64,000 bases of DNA, from NCBI RefSeq assembly GCF_009914755.1, contig NC_060947.1; one strand, written 5' to 3'. Of the stretch, positions 54,346-64,000 are shown piece by piece. The notes under the pieces were generated by a model, which was not told where the DNA came from, ran no database searches, and was given only the letters and a program-made list of their open reading frames with translations. A program made the translations under genes and the position numbers. Each line of letters starts with the position of its first letter. Positions within the stretch are counted from its first letter, which is position 1. This DNA comes from the human T2T-CHM13v2.0 reference genome, Homo sapiens.

Positions 54346-57312
54346 AATGTGCTTTTCACCTTCTGCCATGATTTTGAGGCCTCCCCAGCCACATGGAACT
54401 GTGAGCCCATGAAACCTTTTTCTTTATAAATTGCCCAGTCTTGGGTATGTCTTTATCAGCAGTGTGAAAATGAACTAATACAGTAAATTGGCACCAGTAG
54501 AGTGGGGCGCTGCTGTAAAGATACCCAAAAATGTAGTAGCAACTTTGGAACTGGGTAACAGGTAGAGGTTGGAACAATTTGGAGGGCCCAAAAGAAGACA
54601 GAAAAATGTGGAAAAGTTTGGAACTTCCTAGAGACTTGTTGAATGGCTTTAACCAAAACGCTGATAATGATATGGACAACAAAATCCAGGCTGAGGTGGT
54701 CTCAGATGGAGATGAAGAACTTGCTGAGAATTGGAGTAAAGGTGACTCTTGCTATGTTTTAGCAAAGAGACTGGTGGCATTTTGCCCTTGCCCTAGAGAC
54801 TTGTGGAACTTTGAACTTGAGGGAGATGATTTAGAGTACCTGGCAGAAGCAATTTCTAAACAGCAAAGCATTCAAGAGATAACTTGGGTGCTGTTAAAAG
54901 CATTGGGTTTTACAAATTTACAAGAAAAAAACAAACAACCCCATCAAAAAGTGGGCAAAGGACATGAACAGACACTTCTCCAAAGAAGACATTTATGCAG
55001 CCAAAAAACACATGAAAAAATGCTCACCATCACTGGCCATCAGAGAAATGCAAATCAAAACCACAATGAGATACCATCTCACACCAGTTACAATGGCAAT
55101 CACTAAGAGTCAGGAAACAACAGGTGCTGGAGAGGATGTGGAGAAATAGGAACACTTTTACACTGTTGGTGGGACTGTAAACTAGTTCAACCATTGTGGA
55201 AGACAGTGTGGCGATTCCTCAGGGATCTAGAACTAGAAATACCATTTGACCCAGCCTTCCCATTGCTGGGTATATACCCAAAGGACTATAAATCATGCTG
55301 CTATAAAGACACATGCACACGTATGTTTATTGCAGCACTATTCACAATAGCAAAGACTTGGAACCAACCCAAATGTCCAACAATGATAGACTGGATTAAG
55401 AAAATGTGGCACATATACACCATGGAATACTACGCAGCCATAAAAAATGATGAGTTCATGTCCTTTGTAGGGACATGGATGAAATTGGAAATAATCATTC
55501 TCAGTAAACTATCGCAAGAACAAAAAACCAAACACCACATATTCTCACTCATAGGTGGGAATTGAACAATGAGAACACATGGACACAGGAAGGGGAACAT
55601 CACACTCTGGGGACTGTTGTGGGGTGGGGGGAGGGGGGAGGGATAGCTTTAGGAGATATACCTAATGCTAAATGACGAGTTAATGGGTGCAGCACACCAG
55701 CATGGCACATGTATACATATGTAACTAACCTGCACATTGTGCACATGTACCCTAAAACTTAAAGTATAATAATAATAATAAAATTAAAAAAAATTTTTTT
55801 GAAAAAAAAAAAACATTGGGTTTTAAAAGAAAAACAGCATAAAAGTTCAGAAAATTTGCAGCCTGATGATATGATAGAAAAGAAAACCTGTTTTCTGAGG
55901 AGAAATTCAAGCCAGCTGCAGAAATTTGTATAAGTAATAAGGAGCAAAAAGTTAGTTGCCAAGACAATGGGGAAAATGTCTCCAGGGCATGTCACAGAGC
56001 TTTGTGGCAGCCCCTCCCATCACAGGCCCAAAGGCCTAGGAGGAAAAAATGGTTTTATAGGCTGGGCCCATGGCCCCCCTGCTGTGTGCACCCTAGGGTT
56101 TTGGTGCCCTGCATCCCAGCCACTCTGTCCATAGCTAAAAGGGCTCATAGTACAACTTAGGCCATGGCTTCAGAGGATGAAAGCCCCAAGCCTTGGCAGC
56201 TTCCATGTGGTGTTGAGCCTGTGGGTGCACAGAAGTCAAGAAATGAGGTTTGGGAACCTCAGCCTGTATTTCAGAGGATGCATGGAAATGCCTGGATATC
56301 AAGGCAGAGGTATGTTGCAGGGGCAGAGCCCTCATGGAGCACTTCTGCTATGGTGGTGCAAAGGGGAAACATAGGGTTGGAGCCCCCACACAGGGTCCCC
56401 ACTGGGGCACTGCGTAGTGGAGCTGTGAGAAGAGGGCCACCGTCTTTCAGACCCCAGAATGGTAGATCCACCGACAGCTTGCACTGTGCACCTGGAAAAG
56501 CTGCAGACACTCAGCACCAGCCTGTGAAAGCAGCCTGGAGGGGGGCTATACCCCGCAAAGCCACAAGGGCAGAGCTGCCCAAGGATGTGGGAGCTTACCT
56601 CTTGTGTCAGCATGACCTAGATGTGAGACATGTAGTCAAAGATCATTTTGGAGCTTTAAGATTTGACTGCCATATTGAATCATGCGTGGGGCCTGAAGCC
56701 CCTTCTTTTTGGTCAATTTCTCTTATTTGGAGTGGGCATATTTACCCAATGCCAGTACGGCCATTGTATCTAGAACATAACTAACTTGCTTTTGATTTTA
56801 CAGGCTCATAGGCAGAAAGGACTTGCCTTGTCTCAGCTAAGACTTTGGACTGTGGACTTTTGAGTTAATGCTGAAATGAATTAAGATTTGGGGGAATTGT
56901 AGGGAAGGCATGATTGGTGTTGAAATGTGAGGACATGAGATTTGGGAGGGGCCAGATATGGAATGATATGGTTTGGCTATGTCCCCACACAAATCTCAGC
57001 TTGAATTGTAACAATCTCCACATGACAAAGGTGGGGCCAGGTGGATATAATTGAATCATGGGGGCAGTTTCCCCTATACTGTTCTTGTGGTAGTGAATAA
57101 GTCTCACAAGATCTGATTGTTTTATAAATGGGCATTCCCCTGCACAAGTTCTCTCTTACCTGCTGCCATGTAAAATGTGCCTTTTGCCTTCTGCCATAAT
57201 TGTGAGGCCTCCCTGACCATGTGGAACTGTGAGTCCATTAAACCTCTTTTTCTTTATAAATTACTCAGTCTCAGGTATGTCTTTATTAGCAGCGTGAAAA
57301 CTGACTAATATA
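54342..57312 (+). mobile_element. THE1 (THE1C-like) element: partial 5' LTR (54342-54482), internal region, complete 3' LTR (56964-57312)
   Basis: LTR end ...ctaataca followed by the internal start gtaaattggcaccag; MaLR-internal peptides (54579, 56164-56784); tgatatggtttggct 3' LTR. Confidence 0.92.
54913..55808 (+). mobile_element. 5'-truncated L1PA3-like element inserted in THE1-int
   Basis: ORF2 C-terminus (55194-55565), 3'UTR, A tail; TSD aaaa(g/a)cattgggtttta at 54896-54912 and 55809-55825. Confidence 0.93.
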
Positions 57313-58062
57313 CTCAACATCACTAATTATTAGGGAAATGCAAATCAGAACCACAATGAGATACCACCTTACTCCTGCAAGAATGGTCATAATCAAAATA
57401 TCAAAAAAAACCCATAAATGTTGGCATGGATGTGGTGAAAAGGGAACAATTTTACACTGTTGGTGGGAATGTAAACTAGTGTAACCACTATGGAAAACAA
57501 TGTGGATATTCTTTAAAGAACTAAAAGTAGATCTACCATTTAATCCAGCAATCCTACTACTGGGTATCTATGCAGAGGAAAATAAGTCATTGTACAAAAA
57601 AGATACTTGCACACACATGTTTATAGCAGCACAATTCACAATTACAAAAATGTGGAGCCAGCCCAAACACCCATCAACCAACAAGTGGATAAAGAGAATG
57701 TGGTGTATATATATATACCATGGAATACTACTCAACCATAAAAAGGAATTAAATAATGGCATATGCAGCAATCTGGATAGAATTACAGACCATTAATCTA
57801 AGTGAATTAACTCAGGAATGGGAAACCAAACATCATATATTCTCACTCATAAGTGGAAGCTAAGCTATGAGGACGCAAAGGCATAAGAATGATACAATGA
57901 ACTTTGGGGACTTGGAGGAAAGGGTGGGAGGGTGTTGAGGGATAAAATACTACACATCAGGTACAGTGTACACTGTTCAGGTGATGGGTGCACCTAAATC
58001 TAAGAAATCATCACTAAAGAACTTATTCATGTAACCAAACACCTATTGAAAATTAAAAAAAA
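57313..58062 (+). mobile_element. L1PB-like 3' end
   Basis: ORF2 C-terminal peptide 57500-57796; L1PB-type 3'UTR (gctaagctatgaggacgcaaaggcataagaatg) and A tail. Confidence 0.85.
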
Positions 58063-58295
58063 ATTAGGTGTGTGGCACTTCCCCCTTCCCTCTCAGTCCT
58101 GCTCCTGCCACGTAAGATGCCTGCTTCTGCTTTGCCTTCTGCTATGAGAAAAAGCTTCCTGAGGCCTCCACAGAAGCAGATACTGTCATGCTTCCTCTAT
58201 AGCCTGTGGAACCATGAGCCAATCAAGCCTCTTTTCTTTATAAATTACCCAGTCTCGGTTATTTCTTTATAGTAGTGTGAGAATGGACTAATACA
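58063..58295 (+). mobile_element. MSTA-like LTR, 3' half only
   Basis: gtgtgtggcacttcccc...gcttcctgaggcctccacagaagc...gagaatggactaataca. Confidence 0.85.
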
Positions 58296-59240
58296 CTTTT
58301 GGTTTCTAGTTTAGTGAGAATTTTATCAGAAATGGGTGTTGAATTTTGTTAAATGCTTTCTCTATACCTATTCAGATTATAATATGGGTGTTTTCTTAGT
58401 TTGTTAATGATGGTTAACTATTACTGATTGAGTTTTAAAATATTAAATCAATTTTGCCTTTTTGGGATAAACCTGATTTTGTCATTGTGTATGTCTTTTT
58501 TTTTTGCGTGTTGTTGAATTTGATTTGCTAAAAATTTTGTTAGAATTTTTACATCGCTGTGCATGAGGTATACTGTTTTACACTTTTCTTATAATGTCTT
58601 TGTCTGATTGTGGTATCAGGGTAATTGTGGCCTCACTGAACAATTTGGGAAATATCCTCTTCTTTCCAATATTCTGGAAGAGTTTGTGTAGAATTAGTAT
58701 TATTTATGCCTTAAATATGTGATCGAATTCACTCGGGAAGCCACCTGGGCCTAGGATTTTCTTTGCGGAAGGTTTTTAACTACAGATTCAAATGTATTAA
58801 TAGATATAGGACTATTCTCCTTATCTATTCCTTCCTGGGTGAGCTTCGGCAATTTGTGTTATTCCAGGAATTTTTTCCATTTTATCTGTTGCCAATTTTA
58901 TTGGCTTAAGGTATTCATTATATTCCCTTATTATCCATTTCACTATCTGAATCATCTATAGGGATAAAACTTCTCTCATTTCTGATGTTGGTAATTCGTA
59001 TCTGCTCTCTATTTTTTCTAGTAAGTCCAGCTAGAGATTTATCAATTTCGTGGATCTTCTCAAAGAATAGGCTTTTGGTTTCATTGATTTTCTCTATTAT
59101 TTTATTGATTTCCACTCTGATCTTCATTATTTTATTTCTTCTACTTATTTTGGACTTAATTTTTTATTCTTTTCTGGTTTCTTGAGGTGGAAGCTGAGGC
59201 CATTGATTTCAGACCTTTCTTTTTTTCTTTGTTGGCTTAT
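58296..59240 (-). mobile_element. Old L1M ORF2 fragment
   Basis: Peptide 58918-59127 KINETKSLFFEKIHEIDKSLAGL. Confidence 0.8.
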
Positions 59241-60974
59241 TAGCTAACAACTCTTTGTTGTTTAATTTTATTGATTGCTTTAGAGTTTACCGAGTATGTC
59301 TTTTTCTTATCATAGTATATCTTCAGGTGACAGTGTACCACTTCACCTACAGTATAGTTCAGGGAGGTTTCAAGTCCACCTTGTCTTTTGCTTTCTGCTG
59401 GGCCCTCTTGAGTCTCCCTGTAAATGCCCATAGTTTCCCAGTCAGCTTTTGATATGCAGAGAGTATACTCGACCTTCTATAGTTCTCTCATTTTCAGTAT
59501 ATCCTCCTATCAAATTTTTGGCTTGCTCACTGCATGCCCCAAGCAAAACCCCAACCTAGCAGTGCTGTGGATTTTAGCATTCATTTCCTACCAAGTTTGT
59601 TACTTTTATGGAAGACACCACTCCAAATCAAGTCATCCTCTGGTAATGTCTTAGTTGAATGAGCTAAACTTTTTAAAGAAAATGATATAAACCTATACTT
59701 AATAAAGATGATGAAATCAAGTATGTTAATAGATGAAGAGAACAAATGGGCATAAAAAAGATGTTAAGGAAACACATTCAGACAGAATAAGATAGACATA
59801 TGTCTAGAATGACAGACTTTCATGATAGTAACTTCACTTTGGATTACTTTAAAGATATTGCCAAGCTGAAGTATATTTGTAACCCTATGCAGATATATGC
59901 TGTTTTGATATTTATGACATAAAAGATGAGATGAATATGATGAATGACATAAAATGAATTAAGTTGGGATCTGCACAGATGCGGCTCATGGTTCAGTGAG
60001 TTCTTACCACTACTGTAACTGGTGGCCACTAATGTCAGGGAAAAATTGTTATGGATATTTATTTTCTGCAGAGATGGTAGAATTCACAAAAGCATTCTAT
60101 TTACCAATCATGGCCAGAGCCCGCAAGTCAGCTGCTTCTGTTTTTAGCCAGGTATAAAAATAAATTGGGAAAGTGCCTTAATTCAAGTTTCAGCAAATTC
60201 CATGTAAGTACTGATAAAAATTTAAATCATGAGCTATTCCAAGTTTATTTTCAATATAGAAATAATTCTTCCTAAGAACTCTCTGGGGGAATTTGGGCTC
60301 TTAGAGAACAAAGAAACAAGATATACTCATGTGTATTCTACTTGGTGCCTAAGACGTGAGGCCTCTTTTTGTCCCATCCAGCCAGCACCACATAAAAGCA
60401 GGAACCAAAGACCTCATAGTATTCAGTCTTCATCTTGAACCACATTCCATAATCCATCTCTCACCACACACCCCAGCCAGCTTCCCTTTATTCTGTACTT
60501 GCCCTCAGTTGATGTTGCCTTTGACCACCCAAAGTTAAAGCCTCATCTAGTCTGGTCTCGCCCTTGGAAGCCTAAAATTCAACATAGGGCTTTCAACTGG
60601 CATCCTTTCCAGGTTTCACTAAACCCTGTCAGTTGGACAATCAATCCTGGAAGGGATTTAAAAGTTGAGAGGAAAGTAAGATTTTGTTAGAGGAATGCTG
60701 TTGTCCTTATATATTAACAATATTAGCAACCTCCCAACCTTAGCCCTCTATTAGAGTACCCATCTGCAGCCACCATTTAACATCCCTCCAACCAAGCAGA
60801 ATAACTTATTTGCTTTTATTTGTGCCTCTAGATCTGTTGACAAATGTTCACCACTGAGGTAGAGAGGGTATTAGGATCCACAGGAAGCCACATGTCAGAG
60901 TCACATTGCTCACATCAGCCCTTATTGTGTCTTGGTTTATCTTTTGTCGCCTACTAAAGAGCATGGCAAGAAAA

Positions 60975-61110
60975 GGGTCATGGAGAGGCAGCATTCTGGA
61001 GTCAAGCTGACCTGGGTTCAAATCTTGATTCTGTCACTCCTCAGATATGAGACATCAGGCAAATGCCTTAAATGCTCTGAACTCCAATTTCCTAAATATG
61101 TCCTTAATAA
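60975..61110 (+). mobile_element. MIR fragment
   Basis: tctggagtcaagctgacctgggttcaaatcttgattctgtcact...ggcaaatgccttaaatgctctgaactccaatttcct. Confidence 0.75.
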
Positions 61111-61395
61111 ATAGTGGCTAAAATAGCATCCAGACTTCTGACTCTCGGCCCAGCCTTATCAATGAAGAGCTCTGTTGTCACTCTCTATCATCCAGGTGCC
61201 AACACCGTCTTAAATATCCAATCACTGTGGGTCTCTGAGGGAACCTGCACATATTACTCCTGGCTTGCTTTGACCTCCTGAGCTGGAACATCCGCTAAAT
61301 TCCTGGATTTCTGTGTATGGTACTCTTCTTTTGGTTCTCACATCATTGACTCACTCTGTTCTGGCTGTTCGTCTCATCTGGGAGCCCTATAATAC

Positions 61396-62811
61396 TGTGT
61401 CCGGAATTGGTGGGTTCTTGGTCTCACTGACTTCAAGAATGAAGCTGCGGATCCTCGTGGTGAGTGTTACAGTTCTTAAAGGTGGCATGTCCGGAGTTTG
61501 TTCCTTCTGATGTTTGGATGTGTTCGGAGTTTCTTCCTTCTGGTGGGGTTTGTGGTCTCGCTGGCTCAGGAGTGAAGCTGCTCAGGAGTGAAGCTGCGGA
61601 CCTTCGCGGTGAGTGTTACAGCTCTTAAGGAGGCACATCTGGAGTTGTTCATTCCTCCCAGTGGGTTCGTGGTCTCGCTGGCTTCAGGAGTGAAGCTGCA
61701 GACCTTTGCGGTGAGTGTTACAGCTCATAAAGGCAGTGTGGACCCAAAGAGTGAGCAGCAGCAAGATTTATTGCAAAGAACAAAGCTTCCACAGTGTGGA
61801 AGGAGACCCGAGTGGGTTGCCACTGCTGGCTGGGGCAGCCTGCTTTTATTCTCTTATCTGGCCCCACCCACATTCTGCTGATTGGTCCGTTTTACAGAGA
61901 GCCGATTGGTCTGTTTTACAGAGAGCTGATTGGTCTGTTTTGACAGGGTGCTGATTGGTGCATTTACAAACCTTGAGCTAGATACAGAGTGCCGATTGGT
62001 GTATTTACAATCCCTTAGCTAGACATAAAGGTTCTCCAAGTCCCCACCAGAGTAGCTAGATACAGAGTGTCGATTGGTGCATTCACAAACCCTGAGCTAG
62101 ACACAGGGTGCTGATTGGTGTGTTTACAAACCTTGAGCTAGATACAGAGTGCTGATTGGTGTATTTACAATCCCTTAGCTAGACATAAAGGTTCTCCAAG
62201 TCCCCACCAGACTCAGGAGCCCAGCTGGCTTCACCCAGTGGATCCTGCACCATGGCCGCAGGTGGAGCTGCCTGCCAGTCCTGTGCTGTGCACCCGCACT
62301 CCTCAGCCCTTGGGTGGTTGATGGGACTGGGCGCCATGGAGCAGGGGGCGGAGCTCATCGGGGAGGCTCGGGCCGTGCAGGAGCCCACAGCGGTGGGGAG
62401 GCTCAGGCATAGCATGGTGGGCTGCAGGTCCCGAGCCCTGCCCCAGGGGGAGGCAGCTAAGCCCCGGCGAGAAATCAAGCACAGCAGCTGCTGGCCCAGG
62501 TGCTAAGCCCCTCACTGCCTGGGGCAGGCAGGGCCAGCTGAGTGCAGGCCCGCTGAGCCCACACCCACCTGGAACTGGCGCTGGCCTGCAAGTGCTGCAG
62601 GCAGCCCCGGTTCCCGCATGGGCATCTCCCTCCACACCTCCCCACAGGCTGAGGGAGCCAGCTCCGGCCTTGGCCAGCCCAGGAAGGGGCTCCCACGGTG
62701 CAGCGGTGGGCTGAAGGGCTCTCCAAGTGCCACCAAAGTGGGAGCCCAGGCAGAGGAGGCGCAGAGAGCAAGCGAGGGCTGCGAGGGCTGCCAGCACGCT
62801 GTCACCTCTCA
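61396..62811 (-). mobile_element. ERV9 LTR12C/D-type solo LTR (1416 bp)
   Basis: Minus-strand TGAGAGGTGACAGCGTGCTGGCAG...CCAATTCCGGACACA; 4-bp TSD ATAC at 61392-61395 and 62812-62815; GC-rich U3 and tandem CCAAT repeats. Confidence 0.96.
61842..62200 (-). promoter_or_regulatory. LTR12 U3 CCAAT/GATA repeat array and TATA-like box (promoter points leftwards)
   Basis: Repeated gattggt (CCAATC on minus) and tagata(c); gcttttattc at 61842-61851. Activity is inferred from the family. Confidence 0.7.
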
Positions 62812-64000
62812 ATACTGTCAAGGAAAGGGGCTCAGCATCATCTGTCACCATCAGGGGACTTCTACTTTAGGGAAAGGAGCTGTTATTGCCCCAGATTTAG
62901 CCCCCTTCTGGTGATCAACTCTGAGTACCAAATAATCTTGAGCCCACCTTGCTCTTTGCCCAAAAATAGTTTAGTACTTGGCCTTTATGGAAGACCACAA
63001 TTTCCGTGCTTCAACAAAATCCCAGGAAAGCCCTCTGAAATACCTCCAAAGAAAGGACAGGCTACCCACTGAATCCTCTTTTACCTGATGGCTTGGGTGC
63101 CTGGGCCTATGAGAAGGTGGAAGAAGTGGTCTGCCTATACTGTCTGGCTGTCTGTTAGTCTAACTCATCTCTGGTGGTCTCATTTTAGAGGTTGAGTGGT
63201 GTTCAATTGCTTTAGCCCCTCACTTTTCATAATATGGTAATATTGATAATAAAATGAACCTATCCAGCTAGGTACAGTCATACTTCTTGCCTTGAACTTA
63301 CAAAGCCTCACCCATATTTCCATACTCTTTCCAGATAAGACTCCTCTTCATTTTCTATTCTTGCCTGGAGTTAGACTGTATTTCTCATGCCCTAACTAGA
63401 CTTGTTCCCTGGTTGTCAGTACTTTTCCTGACACATCCCACCCCTGTTTGGCCCCTCATTTTCTTTAGTTTACTATTATTTCTCCTCTTCATTATTCTCC
63501 TACCTTATTTGATCTTCCTAGTCCCAGTAAGCAGAGCAACTAGAGGGCCCAACAGAGTACCCTCATGTTTTGGAAGTGTGGATAGTGACTGACGGTGAAC
63601 CTACAGGCCACCTGCTCATGGCACCTGCTTTGTAATTCAAAGGTGAAGTCTGTGCTTTGATACACAAAAGTGCTGCCTTGGTTTTATCACTAACTCCCCT
63701 TTAACTTCTGGCCCATATCCAAAAAGGTTCTTTCTCTCCATCCCCCAAATCCATCCTGCCCAGTCCTGCTTTATGTAGCAATTTTCCTACAAGCAATGCT
63801 TCTGAATATGCTTTTTGTGCAACATTGTTTCAGACTATAGGAAGCCAGCCTAAGCAGTGTTAATGCATCCTGATGTTTTCCAGCCAAACATCTAATTGAG
63901 TTGATTTCTATGACATTTCAAAGCCACCCACTCAACTTCAAATTTTTAAAAACTTGGAATTGCACGTCTCTTTTCTGTTGCCACCTAAACAAAACTCAGC

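Noticed and set aside
56164-56784. 206-aa ORF (and the 175-aa ORF at 54579-55106)
   Set aside because: THE1 internal sequence; the 54579 ORF is a chance THE1-int/L1 read-through.
62179-63072. Cluster of overlapping ORFs in CpG-island-like DNA
   Set aside because: GC-rich LTR12 U3 has few stop codons; no gene evidence.

Overview
This is primate genomic DNA, most likely human or great ape given an L1PA2-type 3' end and AluY elements. Most of the window is nested interspersed repeats: L1s of many ages, six Alus, MaLR LTRs (MST/MLT/THE1), two convergent ERV9 LTR12 solo LTRs, a MER4-group LTR, MIR/L2 and a MER47-like DNA transposon. I could support no intact protein-coding gene. The only gene-derived sequence is a full-length processed KRT8 pseudogene (minus strand, ~29.5-31.3 kb) with poly(A), target-site duplications (TSDs), two frameshifts and a lost stop codon. 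Nearly all ORF-track entries are repeat-derived. The notable observations are structural: a microhomology junction that appears to have erased the halves of several elements (54.3 kb), a TSD-bounded chimeric L1 (9.8-12.3 kb), a TSD-bounded 5'-end-only L1 (27.4-28.6 kb), and several templated hairpin/duplication scars. There are also speculative exon-like segments between the two LTR12 promoters. I do not see convincing evidence of a new biological system. Repeat subfamily calls come from recalled consensus sequences and should be confirmed with RepeatMasker/Dfam.
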